From Cyanidioschyzon merolae (taxonomy: Eukaryota), in NCBI GenBank assembly GCA_000091205.1, contig AP006494.2: a stretch of 64,000 nt of DNA; one strand, given 5' to 3'. The position numbers and the translations under genes were made by a program. The notes under the pieces were generated by a model. That model ran no database searches. It had not been told where the DNA came from and saw only the letters and a program-made list of their open reading frames with translations. Every line of letters begins with the position of its first letter. The first letter of the stretch is position 1. This document shows positions 1 through 12,002 of this stretch, piece by piece.

Positions 1-1240
1 AAGCGTAGAAGGCTATGGAGAAGAAGAAGCCCCTGTTGCTTTCGACGTCGCCGTTGACACCATCCCGCACCGTTTTTCGTATACCCGAATTCCATTGGGC
101 TCGCTCATTTGTTTTCGCAGTGATGGTCTCGGGGTACAGAGGACATCGGCCAGGCGCAGAGATATACGCGATGGCTGCTTGCGCTCCAGCAGCTCCCATG
201 CTGTCTGGCATCCGAACAAGAACGCAAGGTAGCAGTCTTTGGCTCGCTCCAGCCGGATGGTTCCATCGTCATGGCGTTGGTGCTCCCGGTCCTCTGGTGC
301 CTGCCGACGCTACCCAGCGTCAGTGTCCAACAACAATCCCGACTCTCTCGGTCCACAGTGAATGGTTGAGACGCTTCGGTGATTGCTGGCATGTCCAGGC
401 AGCGCTTCAGCGGCGCGAATACACCGCGCTGTTTTCGAGAGCATTCTCGCTGCCCTCAGTTCACGATACTGAAGGCAGCATCACGCGGCATGGTACGCGG
501 AAGGACTATACGCCTTTCACAGAGCAATCAGCGATGACGCTTCGGATAGGTCCAGGGTTCGCTTCTTGTGAACCTGGGCGGATGACCGCTCGGCGCTCTT
601 CATTGGGTACTTTGCAACGGTGCGATGCGTTAGTCGCACCTGAGAATGCCACTCGGATCACGAGTGTGGACGCCAAACAGGCCGGGGTGCGGGAGCCCTC
701 CACACCGGACAGCGTATGATCGAATGGGGTGCAGAGAACGCACCAGCATATGATTCCTGTTCGCGCACATACTGATCGAACTGAGCTTGCAATGATCACG
801 TGCTATCCCACGGGGTACGGACAACGCCTTTATGCCCTTTTTGGAGACAGAAGCAATCGCGTTCGCATCATGCTCAGTCTACAGTGATGTCGTCTTCGGT
901 GCCAGGAAACTCTTCCAAGCCGCTCTGATTCGAGATCGCCTGAGCCTGCGGATGTCCCAGTCCAGGCCTGTCGAGTCGTTCACGGTGATGGTCGAGGTCA
1001 TCAGCAACGTAAGTTGTGTCCCATGTGCGGGGCTCTGTCGCTGAATCCTTACGTCCAGCATCCGCCACATGTATTCGCTGGGTACCAGAGACGACAAAAC
1101 GCGGGCCATGACCATAGCAAATGCTTTTTCGAGGATTGAAAAGCCCCCGCCCAGACCATGACACTATCTAATCGCGGAGCATGATCATCATCAGCAGCAG
1201 CGCTCTCTTGATTCAGCTCCCGAATTCACCGATGCTTGCC

Positions 1241-2134
1241 TCACAGTGCAAACACTCGTTTCCCGGTATTGACGACGCGGCTCCGACGCCAGGAAAACGC
1301 GACTCTTGATCGATCAATTGGATAGCGAACAGAGAGAAGCTTCAGCGTAAAGCGTGGGCCTAGTTCCTGAGTGCGCACACGAACCCGCTCGGCAGCTTCT
1401 GGATCCCGCGACGCCTCAAAGATGTAACGGTAGAAGCGGAGAAAGATATAGTCACGTTGATTACGAACGAGCACAACCTGGCGACTTTGCGGTGTTCCCT
1501 CGTGCGGAAACAGTGCGCTCAAGCTGCGCTCAATGTGTCGTCCGAGATTCGTCTGAAAGTTACATGTCACCACTTCCACAGGTAAAGGTGTCGGCGTGCC
1601 TCGATGCGGAATCGATTCACTGCAAACCACCGAGGACAACCGATACAGATATACTGGGCCATCCGGTAGGCGCACATGTTGCAGATACCGCAACGATAAA
1701 CCCTTTCCCTGAACGATAACCCACAAATCCGTAAACCCTTGGTCGATACCGGCTTTACAGAGCTCTTCTAGCGTTCGCTGGTCCCTCTCTCGGTACACGG
1801 AACCTGGGAAGAGAAACAAGAGGTCACCGATCAAGTCGTAGATCTGCCTTCCCGTCGGCTGCACGCTCGTTGTGAGCAGCACACGAGGTCTCCGCTCACC
1901 CCGCAAAACAGCTCGAATGTCCTCTTCACCAAACGGCGGCTCCTGTTCCCAGTCCAGCTCAGGCCTGTACACCCTGGTGGACTCGAGTGTTCGCGGGCGT
2001 TGCAGCGGCTCCTCGCCCTGCAAAGCGCGCTGTTTTCGGCGAGCTTTCGCTTCACGACGTCGTTTTCGCCGCTCAGCGAGCAGGAGCGCCCGACGCTCTA
2101 CCCGTGCTAAACGTCGAGCTCGGTCTCGTGGCAT
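1241..2134 (-). CDS. IMP4: Brix-domain U3 snoRNP protein (IMP4/RPF1-like)
   Basis: 297-aa ORF with an ATG start. It has an N-terminal Arg/Lys-rich region followed by a Brix domain. Motifs PRVLLTTS, ELGPRFTLKLL and a C-terminal KRVFAL align with IMP4 (PKVMITTS, ELGPRFELKLY, ARKRVFLST). Confidence 0.7.
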   Translation of the reverse strand: MPRDRARRLARVERRALLLAERRKRRREAKARRKQRALQGEEPLQRPRTLESTRVYRPELDWEQEPPFGEEDIRAVLRGERRPRVLLTTSVQPTGRQIYDLIGDLLFLFPGSVYRERDQRTLEELCKAGIDQGFTDLWVIVQGKGLSLRYLQHVRLPDGPVYLYRLSSVVCSESIPHRGTPTPLPVEVVTCNFQTNLGRHIERSLSALFPHEGTPQSRQVVLVRNQRDYIFLRFYRYIFEASRDPEAAERVRVRTQELGPRFTLKLLSVRYPIDRSRVAFSWRRSRVVNTGKRVFAL

Positions 2135-2330
2135 GTGCAGTAACTGCTTATTCCCTGCTGAAGCGTCCTCGTCGACCTGTTATACGACAGCGCTACCACG
2201 CTGACGTTCACGAGTCGCAGCCGGCAACGCGGGCTCGGGCAAGCCACGCCAGCGGCGGTACCGGCCGCAGCTGCGAATAGGACAGCGCCGGTGCGAGGTG
2301 CTCTACGCAGCTACACCGGAGTTCAGCAGG

Positions 2331-3038
2331 ATGGCAGACTCTGCGTCGTCGTTTTCTCTGACGGTCTTTTCATCGTCGGGGAAGTTGAATCAACTTGAGT
2401 ATGCACTAAAAGCGGTGCAAGCGGGTGCTACTGCGCTTGGTATTCGCGCAAAAAACGGTTGCGTTATCGCCACGGAGAAGCGACTGCCTTCGGCGCTCGC
2501 GGATGCGCGAACCATTCGAAAGGTAGAGGCAATCACTGCCGAGATTGGAGCGGTATATGCTGGAATGGGACCAGATTATCGGATCATGGTCAAGAAAGCT
2601 CGCAACGCTGCACAGAAATATTATCAAGTGTACCGCGAGTCGATACCGGTTCACCAACTGGTTCGCGAGGTGGCCACTGTGATGCAGGAGTTCACGCAGT
2701 CGGGCGGGGTGCGTCCCTTCGGCATGAGCATGCTGATCGCCGGTCACGACGAGGAAGGCCCACAACTAGCTCAAGTGGATCCTAGTGGTAGCTTCTTTTT
2801 CTGGAAAGCAACGGCGATCGGCAAAAACATGGTGAACGCGAAAACTTTTTTGGAAAAGCGCTATCAGGACGACGTAGAGCTGGAGGATGCGATACACATG
2901 GCGATTCTCACTTTGAAAGAAGGATTCGATGGAAAAATGATGGAGCATAACATTGAGATCGGCGTCGTTGGCGCTGAACGTCGTTTCCGGGCATTGACAC
3001 CCGCCGAGATTCGTGACTACCTGGGCGAGGTCGAGTGA
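2331..3038 (+). CDS. PSMA2: 20S proteasome subunit alpha type-2
   Basis: Near-collinear match to human PSMA2: [51 protein letters not shown] and [14 protein letters not shown]. The likely ATG is at 2331; the ORF track begins upstream at 2298. Confidence 0.92.
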   Translation: MADSASSFSLTVFSSSGKLNQLEYALKAVQAGATALGIRAKNGCVIATEKRLPSALADARTIRKVEAITAEIGAVYAGMGPDYRIMVKKARNAAQKYYQVYRESIPVHQLVREVATVMQEFTQSGGVRPFGMSMLIAGHDEEGPQLAQVDPSGSFFFWKATAIGKNMVNAKTFLEKRYQDDVELEDAIHMAILTLKEGFDGKMMEHNIEIGVVGAERRFRALTPAEIRDYLGEVE

Positions 3039-4042
3039 GGCGCGACCTCCTGCCATCATCGTTCTCTGTTGCTGTTGGTGCTCATGTTTGGTGCGCGCAG
3101 AGCATTTTGGTTTTGTGGGCAGAACGCGACGCCAGACTGCCCTTGATGTGCAACTGATGCGCCTCCAACGGACGAAAATCAGCAAAGAACGCTTCGCTAC
3201 CTCGAGTTGAAAGCGGTTAGCTGGTCTATGGCAAGAGGCATGCCTCCGAACAGCTAGAGTTTTGTTCGCGCGATGCCCATATCCGCTCGGAACAAAAATC
3301 TCCGGATAGCTTTAGTGGCTTGCTGCCGTCGAGGCGGCACTGCACGTCGGCCGCTGGCGTGATGTACTGGCTGTGCGGATAGCCGCCGACGCCACCGCCG
3401 CCGTCGTTGTCGTCGTTGCCGCTGCAGACGCAGCTGTCAAGCTGAAAGCTGCCCCCGGCACAACTGGGAACAGATGCAAGTGCTTTTGCGCAGCGACTGC
3501 ATCGCTCGGGTCGTCATGTGCAATTGCGAGCGCGGCAAGCAACTATCCAGACGGAAGCGTATGTAGAGCTCGTTCGGATCGGGCGAATTCTCGGTTGCAA
3601 TGAAACGCGTACGCCAGGATGCTGTTCGTGATGCGCAGCGGCACAAGTACGGTTGCTATTCCTAGCACAAGGCGTTTTGCAGTGGATACCGACGTGACAT
3701 CGGCAACGTGAATTGCCTGCCGACCGTTGCACTGCAGCCGACGTGGCAACTCCTGCGAAGACCGCGCTACCCGCTGATGCCCGAGAATGCCCATAAGAAG
3801 AGTGACTTGCAGGCCGTCCATGTACCGGAGGATGACAGACGATGCTCAGAGCGTGATGGTGCGCTCTAGTGCAGTGCTGTGTCGAGCGATGCGATGCAAT
3901 GCAGCACGAAACGAGCGCAGGCATCGAAGGCGCCCTAGCTATTGAACGCCCTCGCGACGACCAGACTATGCGAATGCTGTCGCTGAGGAGCGGCAATTTA
4001 CTGCCCCGTGCGCATCGCATATGCTTGTGACGATGTTCGCGA

Positions 4043-5869
4043 CTAGTGCTCGATGCCTGCTGCCCCGGAAGCACGCGTTATCGAAGTTGCACATCGAAAC
4101 CCTGAAAGCATGAAATCCCGAAGCGCGAGAGCGCGTCCCCAGATACTATCTTCCATGTAGATGACGCGCATCAAGGCGTCGATCACGTCTACTGCTGCGT
4201 GATGTACGGGATACTGCAGCGGCTTTGGAATACGAGTGCGCAGCATCCAGAACCGATCCTGTGTAACACTTTTCATAAGACAGCAGGCGCGCAGCCCCTC
4301 AATACCAGCAAATCGATCGGAACCACTATCTTTCGTACCTCCGAAGGGCAGCGACTGGCATAAATAATTCACGCCAAAATCATTCTCATTCACCATTCCG
4401 ACGAGCAGCTTATTTCGAATCATCGCTGCACGCTTGCGATCAGCAGAGAAGACGCTGCTCCCGAGGCCGTACGCTGAACCGTTCACGATCCGAATTGCCT
4501 CCGCATCACCGTCGAAGGGGGTGATGATCATGACAGGACCGAACACTTCGTTTTGCATGATTCGGCTGTGTAGGGGCACGTCAGTCAAGAGCGTTGGCTC
4601 CCAGTACGAGCGCCCTGCGCGCTTGCCGCCACATAGGAGTCGCGCGCCGTCTTTCACTGCGTCGTTGATCAGTGACTCGAGTTCCCGCAGGGAGGCCTCG
4701 CCCATGGTCATTGCACCGAGATCGACGCCGATACGGAGTGACTGCACGCGCACCTGCATCTCGGCAACGAAACGCTCGTAGCTAGGGCGCTGCACCAGGA
4801 TGCGCTCGATCCCGACACAATTCTGGCCGCTGTTTTGAAAAACACCGCGCATCGCAATATCAAGTGCCTGCTCGAGATCCGCGTCATCACAGACAATAAA
4901 AGCGTCCTTACCGCCGAGCTCCAGGACACAGGGTTTCAGTTGCTCGGCTGCTGCCATGGCCACCTGACGCCCGACTCTCGTCGAACCCGTGAAGAATACT
5001 TTGGCAACACCCTTGTCGACAACGAGCGCCTCGCCGGCGCTGGCGCCGCCAGTGACCAACTGCACCAGTTCCGATGGATGCTTGCAAGCACGAAGCACAT
5101 GCCGCACAAGCTCGACATAGTAGACAGAGCACCAGGAGCTATACTCGCTGCTCTTAACGACGATTGCATTGCCCGCAAACAGGGCCGCTAATATCGGATT
5201 CATGAGGTTGTGGAATGGATAGTTCCACGGCGCAATCGCCGCAATGACACCCAGTGGCTCGAACTGCACCCAGGCGCGTTTATGCATGGTGAGCGGTCCG
5301 ACCGAGCGATACTCGGGAGCCAATGCCCGCTCGCCTTCGCGTAAAAGCCAGCGGATCTTCTCGAGCGTCGTGAGTAGCTCGCCCAGATATGCATCGACGA
5401 ACGTTTTCCCGGTTTCCAGCACGCTAGCCTGCAGGATAGACTCGCGATTCGCCAGAATTGCTTTGCGGAGCGCACGTAGAACTCGGCGCCGCTCAGCAAA
5501 CGACGTCTCTCTCCAGAGTTGCTGGGCATCGGACGCCACTTGAACGCGAGCGCGTACATCTGCCGCACTCTGGTCCAGTACCCATCCTAGCAGTCGACCA
5601 GTTGCTGCCGCCGCGCACCGGTGACAGCGATCGGCTTCGGTTTTCTTTCGACAACAGATGGGTTTTCCGGGTTGATCATCGGCGGTAACAGGAATAAGGA
5701 AAAGGCCGTCCTCCGTGAGGTCCGGCAGGCCCAGTGTCACGCACGGGACGTGCTCTCCGCGTTTGCAGAGCCATCTTGTCAGAATCAAACCAAGCAGCGC
5801 AGACACCAGTGCCGCGATAACGCTCCCACTCGTTAAGGGCAGAGCATGTATGGGTTGGTCAAGGTGCAT
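4043..5869 (-). CDS. Aldehyde dehydrogenase with N-terminal transmembrane segment (ALDH22/MSC7-like)
   Basis: Carries the ALDH catalytic motifs LELGGKDA (Glu) and QNSGQNCVGIER (Cys), and FTGSTRVGR. There is an N-terminal hydrophobic helix. The probable ATG is at 5867-5869. Further upstream, the ORF track's 5' extension reads through the 3' end of the adjacent mobile element. Confidence 0.8.
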   Translation of the reverse strand: MHLDQPIHALPLTSGSVIAALVSALLGLILTRWLCKRGEHVPCVTLGLPDLTEDGLFLIPVTADDQPGKPICCRKKTEADRCHRCAAAATGRLLGWVLDQSAADVRARVQVASDAQQLWRETSFAERRRVLRALRKAILANRESILQASVLETGKTFVDAYLGELLTTLEKIRWLLREGERALAPEYRSVGPLTMHKRAWVQFEPLGVIAAIAPWNYPFHNLMNPILAALFAGNAIVVKSSEYSSWCSVYYVELVRHVLRACKHPSELVQLVTGGASAGEALVVDKGVAKVFFTGSTRVGRQVAMAAAEQLKPCVLELGGKDAFIVCDDADLEQALDIAMRGVFQNSGQNCVGIERILVQRPSYERFVAEMQVRVQSLRIGVDLGAMTMGEASLRELESLINDAVKDGARLLCGGKRAGRSYWEPTLLTDVPLHSRIMQNEVFGPVMIITPFDGDAEAIRIVNGSAYGLGSSVFSADRKRAAMIRNKLLVGMVNENDFGVNYLCQSLPFGGTKDSGSDRFAGIEGLRACCLMKSVTQDRFWMLRTRIPKPLQYPVHHAAVDVIDALMRVIYMEDSIWGRALALRDFMLSGFRCATSITRASGAAGIEH

Positions 5870-5880
5870 CACCTTGACAC

Positions 5881-8316
5881 TACAGTAGTGGCGAGAAGCC
5901 CGCCCTAGACAAGGCGCCGCCAACTAACGTGCAGACGCCTCGCAGTTTTTTTGGACCGGCCATCGACTACTGCTTCCACCTTTTTCTCATATGGTTCGAC
6001 TTTAAGTGATTGTCCAACAAAGTTCCCTCTTGTCAGCTCTGGAGGTCTCGTCTCCAGCACCGCACATTTCCTTATATTGATCGCGGCGATAAAGTCTCGA
6101 TTCAAAAACTCCATACGTTTCTTGCCATCAATGGTTGTGCTAACCAATACGAGTAGCCCTCGAACTTTCGCCATCCTTTCCATTTCCTCTTCCGTCAGCG
6201 GTCCGTGCTTTGCTATATCTTCAGGGCTCCTCTAGCGCCTTTCCATCTCGACCCTTTGAAGTGTACACCCCAGTTCATGGTGTGTAAACGTCGTTCGGAA
6301 CTCATCTACAGGTATCGTAACAAAACGCCTTGTGCACTCCTTGTGCACCCTCGTCGTTGGAGCTGGTGTACACCCTTTTTGTGTCTTCCAGCGCCCTGCT
6401 CCGTACGCTACTACGAGCCTTTGAATTTCATTCTCCTGCAAGGCGCTCAACTGATTGCGAAAATTCGCGAACGCGCGCTGCCTCCCACCGTATAGATTCA
6501 TTCGCAGACGAGCCCACCGGGGCTTGGTATACTCCTCCCACAGCGCATCCCGATGCGCAATGCGAAATTCCATGAACTCCCGAAAAGCTTCAAAGTCCGC
6601 TCCGCGGCTCGTCACCTCGCTCAAAGCTTCCAGGTGCTCTTTCACTCCTGCGTTCCACGTCTCGATTTTCTTCCTCGCATTCCTTATACCGGATTCTCGA
6701 TCGTATCACGCTCTCGAGAATCTCAACAGACGCATGTCTTTCTGACGCAAGTTACCGTCAGCGCCATCTTCCGCACGCTTGGGAGCAGCGATGGCTATGA
6801 TATTCGTATTCCCAGGGTCCGCGCCAACGACAAAGTCGTTATCCTGGACTTTCTGCGTCTCAATACCCGCCTCCTTCTTTTCTTCATGCTTCGTCGCGTC
6901 AACCGTAAAGTCGTTATCCTGTACTTCCTGCGTCGCAGCACCAGCCTCCTCCTTTTCTTCATCCTTCGTGACGGGTGCAGCCGGGGACGGAACTGGACGA
7001 TCTGTCTTCAAGCGCCGATAGTGTACACATATATATGGATACTCCATCGGTTTCGATCACACCAGTGAATACCTTTTGTTTGCTGACTTTGAGACGTTTG
7101 AAATTGAAGATGTTCTTCCAATACGTCTCCCGGTTTTCGCCGGTAAACTCCTCCCTGCTAACATTGAACTCTGGACTGATCTCCCTCATGATGCCACGAA
7201 GGATTCTGGAATCGATAGTCACGAAATGTGACGTGATGTTGCACATTGGAACCACGCTGATGCGCTTACCAATTAGGACAGCCTTCCGTCTCTCCCACTC
7301 TCCATTTGTCTCTTCACTCAGCATCACCTCTGCCTTGCACTCGAGTTCTCGGTCCAGAAACACAAAATAGCGCAGGATGAGGCGATAGTATCTTTCCTGA
7401 TCTTTTTCAGCTCTGATATCTTGTCTGTTGGATTCGCCAGCCCCAGTACAGCACGATGTTCTTGTATCACCGCACGGATTACAGAGGCTTCATTCGTGCT
7501 CCTGCGCGACTTCTTCTTGTCGACGGATTCGATCTCATGTTCACGCTTGCGATGCTTCGTGATGCCATTGATAATCGACCATATCCCCTTGCGAGAGATG
7601 CCAGGGTACAGCGCAGACACGGCGCGTATCATGAATCGTTCGAGATTCATTATCGAATGGTTCCTCAGGTTCGTGAGGTACTTCATCGCCCCATAGTCTT
7701 AAATACCCCAGTCACCCTTGATTCGAATACCCTCGAAGCTGTAAAAGGGATGTTTTTCGTGGAGGGCATCTACTAGCTCATTTTTCCTCCGCGCTTCCTC
7801 TGTACCAAGCATCAGGCGACTAAGAAACGTCTTGTCGCAAAACTCGTCTGGAATCTCGACCGTTTCCATGTGCGTCACGTCTTCGTACATCTCCCTCACC
7901 AAATGCATCAGTCCTAGCGACGCATTGACAATACTCTTCGAGTACGAGTCGACACGTGTTTCGATAGCGTCTCGCAACTTTTCCTTGTAGGGATCCTTGA
8001 TATGTCCAAGAAGAAAGGTTTGCACAACCATCTCGTCGGACAGTTGTCTTTCCCGCAGCCTTCGACGTAGGGCCTCCCCCTTTCGGTCCTTCTTCTCTTC
8101 CTTTTCTTCTGGACTCGGCACTGTTTTTTGTTTTTTTCTGGCAGCCGGCGACCCTGGGCCTCCAGGATCGTCAACTTGCATTTTCATGACTTTCCTTTTT
8201 TGTTTTTTGAAAAAGGACGCCCTTTGAACGCTTCTGTTATATACTGCTAATAATCAATTGAATATTTTTACTTGAGGTTTGAAACAAAATGAACTGAAAA
8301 ACTGTACTTGTCTATA
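5881..8316 (-). mobile_element. TnpB/Fanzor-like (OMEGA-type RuvC nuclease) element, copy 1
   Basis: ~2.4 kb unit, >95% identical to copy 3. It encodes the RuvC-I-like DFVVGADPGNTNIIAIAA motif (ORF 6706..7047) and the RuvC-III RDFIAAINIRKC motif (ORF 5905..6183). Boundaries were set by where copies 1, 2 and 3 stop aligning; the 3' end is ...gggcgggcttctcgccactact(g/a)ta. Confidence 0.7.
5905..8187 (-). pseudogene. Fanzor/TnpB-like nuclease reading frame (interrupted)
   Basis: Collinear ORF pieces: 7699..8187 (N-terminus, basic NLS-like KKQKTVPSPEEKEEKK), 7324..7686, 6959..7363, 6706..7047, 6232..6645 and 5905..6183. Copy 1 has its own TAA at 7696-7698, plus the lesions shared with the other copies. 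Confidence 0.6.
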
Positions 8317-10391
8317 AAGTTAAAGAAAATACAACTTTTACATTAGATCTACATGCTAGAGATCAGGATCACGTTCCCCTTCAACGGCGACATGTGCGTC
8401 GTGTCTCATGCCTGCCTGATCTCCCAGGCGTGCTCACCGAGCGCGATGCAAACTAGTCGCAAACTATTTATCAAAGAACAACTATCTTAAAGCCCCACAC
8501 ATTACGTCCGCCTAAGAGGTCTAGTTTTTCCGGAGAAGCTCTGAAAGTGGGTCAACGCGGGGTGTTCGAGCGACGGCGAAGGAAGCCCACGCCAGGGACC
8601 TTTACCGCAACGAACGGAGGGGCAGAGGCAGTAGCAGCAGAGAATGATGACGAGAGTTCTGAGTAGTCATCCGCCCCTCCGGAAACAACGCTGCAGGTTC
8701 GGGCGCAATTCCTGGATCAATCCTCGGACTCGGGCTCAGTATTACCTCCTACCATGGGTGCCAACCTCAACTTTGGAAACAATCTCGGCGGATGCTTTGG
8801 AAGACGGCTGGCAGTATGTTCACTGCCGAAGCTGGAACAAACGACTTGCCCGCCCATGTGTTTTGGGAGCGGATACGTAGCCGCTGAAAGGGTGGTTCAC
8901 AGAGTATCCCCAGTGGTTGAAGGTTGCTCCACGCGTTCGGCAGCGTAACGGTTGCATTCGAATCGACCTTGACTAGAGTACTTCTGATTCTACGCTAGCG
9001 CTGCGCCAAGCACTCAGTGAACGACTGGAATGCACGAGGCGCTTGTGGCATGTGCACTCACACACCCCGTGGAGGGTGCATCTAAATCGACGACGTATCT
9101 CTCGAGTACCGCAGCACTATTCCCATTCCCGTACGCGCTACGACTCGATAGGTTTCGCATCATGGAATATTTGCGGGATAGCCTCGGAATTGAACTACGA
9201 GATATCGAATTACCAGTACAGTAAAGAGGAACTGATACAAATCGAGGACTCTGCAATAGGAAAAGAGACCCAGCGGGATACGGAGAAGGAGACACAAAGG
9301 CCTCATGATCCACCTAGATGCAAAATAACCAGAGAAAGCAGCTCAGGAAAGAGCCCGAAGAAGACGAAGAAGACCAACAAGAAGAAACAGAAGAATAGAA
9401 AGAAGAGCTCCCGAACGAGCCCATCATGAGTGATCCCCTGAAAGAGCACCCCAGCGGGAACTCAAGAAAGCTGCCGCCAAACTCAATCACCTACTCACAG
9501 CGCTGAAGATCCGAAAAGCCATGCATGCAAGCCTTTAGACCAATTGGCACGCGAGTATGTATATGGGAATCAGAAGATTGCCAGAGAACTGGGACTGCTT
9601 GCACCAGAACGCAACAGTTGCAAACCTCGGTACCTGAAACGACGTACCAAAACTCGGAATGATGAATGCCACCGACTCTATAAGATCGTCAACCGCACCG
9701 CCATACGTGCCAACGCTGGAGACAAGGAAGCGAAAGCAGCGCTACCGGCGCTACAGGCGCAACATGAGGAAGCTATCAAAAGAAAGAAGAAACGTTCCAG
9801 AGAAGACAAACGAGAGGATCGAAACCGCAAAATCGCCTCCCTGACGGAATCTATGCTAGAGAGCACCAACGAAGATGAGACCTGACGCTCCATTCGATCG
9901 AGACTGGACGCACCAGAAAAGTGCTTGGGGCTCACACCAATCGTTCATAAGGAATCGCTGAGGACGGAGAGTGCCTCAGTGAATGAGACCGGGATAGACC
10001 ACGGGACAGAGCTGCATGAAGAAGCAACTGGGCACTGCCAAGACCCAGTCCATTGGTACCAATATGCTGCAGAACTACCGCGCCTCGAACATTACCAGCA
10101 CATGAATCGTTCCAGTGCAAACTACAGATATGATGCGAAAAATATCAATCGTGAAATGAGACAGTGTCGAGCGTCAGCGCACGCAGCACTGCCGCATAGA
10201 CCCACAGCGTCTAGCGACGAGCATCGCCCCAGTCTATCGCACGCGCCGCCGCGAAGATCCGGCACCGCAGGCCGCCGACGTGGGCGTGTCTGCGGCATCG
10301 GCTAGCTTCCAAGCGCCTTCAGCAAGCGCGGCCTCTGCTCCTGTTGCCGCTGCCGCTCGTGGTAAACGTACGTTACCGCACTTTGTGGGGC

Positions 10392-12002
10392 ATGTCGCTC
10401 GTTTTTGATGAGTATGGTAGACCGTTTATTATTTTCAAGGATCAAGACAGAAAGGTCCGGACGAAGGGCTTAGAGGCGATTCGGGCGAACGTTGCCGCAG
10501 CGACGGCCGTATCGCGCACCCTGCGAAGCTCGCTGGGTCCGAACGGCATGGATAAGCTGCTGGTTTCCGCCGACGGTGACGTTACCGTTACAAACGACGG
10601 TGCAACAATTCTGAAAGAAATGAACGTGAGCAATGAAGTTGCGAAACTTATGGTTGATCTGGCAAGCGCACAAGACGATGAGATCGGTGACGGCACCACT
10701 GGCGTCGTCGTGCTAGCAGGGGCCCTGCTCGAGCAAGCGCAACAGCTCCTGGACCGAGGCATGCACCCGTCAAGAATAAGTGACGGCTTCGATCGTGCGT
10801 GCGCGATTGCTGTGGATCATCTGGAAAAGATCGCCCAAGTTATGGAGCACACCAAGGCGGACACGTCACAACTGGTGCGGGCGGCAGTAACTGCGCTCAA
10901 CTCCAAGGTCGTCAAGCGTCATAGTGAGGCACTGGCACACGTGTGTGTGAAAGCGGTGCTTGCAGTTGCGGATCTCGAGCGACGTGACGTGAACTTGGAC
11001 TTGATCAAAATCGAAGGCAAAGTGGGCGGGCGCCTCGAGGACACGATTTTTGTCGACGGCATTGTCATCGACAAGGACATGTCGCACCCGCAGATGCCCA
11101 AACAAATAACCGATGCCAAAATCTGCATCCTGACGACTCCCTTTGAACCTCCCAAGCCGAAGACGAAGCACCGCCTCGAGATAAGCAGCGTCGAGCAGTA
11201 TCGCGAGCTGCAGCATGCTGAACAAGAATACTTCACGAACATGGTTAAACGAGTCAAAGACAGCGGTGCAAACCTGGTTATATGTCAGTGGGGTTTCGAC
11301 GATGAAGCCAATTCGCTCTTGTACCAGAATGGTATCTGTGCAGTTCGCTGGGTCGGCGGTGTCGAGATCGAGCTCATCGCGATGGCCACAGGCGGCCGCA
11401 TCATTCCGCGCTTCGAGGAGATCACTCCTGAGAAGCTCGGCCACGCTGCATCCGTCCGTGAGTTACATTTCGGGACGACACATGACAAGGTCATTGTCAT
11501 CGAAGGGTGCCGTAGCACCCGCGCAGTCACCATTTTGGTGCGCGGTGGCAATAAAATGGTGCTCGAGGAGACCAAGCGCAGCCTGCATGATGCGCTCTGC
11601 GTTGTACGCAACCTCATTCGGGATCAGCGGGTTGTGTGCGGCGGTGGTGCGTCTGAGATTGCTGGCGCTATCGCCGTAGCCGAGGCGGCGGATTGTTGCC
11701 TCGGACCCGAGCAGTACGCGATGCGAGCCTTTGCCGAGGCACTGGACTCGATCCCTATTGCCCTCGCTGAGAACAGCGGTCTGTCGCCCATTGAGACTCT
11801 GTCGAGTGTTCGCGCCCGTCAAATCGCTGAGCGCAAACCGTATTACGGCATCGATTGTCTCGGAATCGGCACGATGGATATGCGTGAGCAGAACGTTTAC
11901 GAAACACTGGAGAGCAAGAAGCAACAATTCCAGCTTGCGACGCAGCTATGTAAGATGATTTTGAAAATTGACGATATGCTCCAGCCGAATTCGTTGAGCT
12001 AA
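10392..12002 (+). CDS. CCT5: T-complex protein 1 subunit epsilon (chaperonin CCT5)
   Basis: Collinear with human CCT5 over its full length: [72 protein letters not shown] and ILKIDD. ATG at 10392; stop is TAA. Confidence 0.92.
   Translation: MSLVFDEYGRPFIIFKDQDRKVRTKGLEAIRANVAAATAVSRTLRSSLGPNGMDKLLVSADGDVTVTNDGATILKEMNVSNEVAKLMVDLASAQDDEIGDGTTGVVVLAGALLEQAQQLLDRGMHPSRISDGFDRACAIAVDHLEKIAQVMEHTKADTSQLVRAAVTALNSKVVKRHSEALAHVCVKAVLAVADLERRDVNLDLIKIEGKVGGRLEDTIFVDGIVIDKDMSHPQMPKQITDAKICILTTPFEPPKPKTKHRLEISSVEQYRELQHAEQEYFTNMVKRVKDSGANLVICQWGFDDEANSLLYQNGICAVRWVGGVEIELIAMATGGRIIPRFEEITPEKLGHAASVRELHFGTTHDKVIVIEGCRSTRAVTILVRGGNKMVLEETKRSLHDALCVVRNLIRDQRVVCGGGASEIAGAIAVAEAADCCLGPEQYAMRAFAEALDSIPIALAENSGLSPIETLSSVRARQIAERKPYYGIDCLGIGTMDMREQNVYETLESKKQQFQLATQLCKMILKIDDMLQPNSLS

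Noticed and set aside
3312-4074. Ala/Thr/Ser-rich ORFs in the PSMA2-ALDH intergenic region
   Set aside because: They are driven by GCC/GCG simple-sequence runs (3376-3430). This is a convergent 3' intergenic region with no protein-like composition.
10866-11444. 192-aa and other long ORFs antisense to CCT5, and similar antisense or alternate-frame ORFs inside the SNF2, ALDH, IspG and HSF genes
   Set aside because: High GC content suppresses stop codons in all frames. These overlap confidently assigned genes and have low-complexity Arg/Ala/Ser-rich translations.
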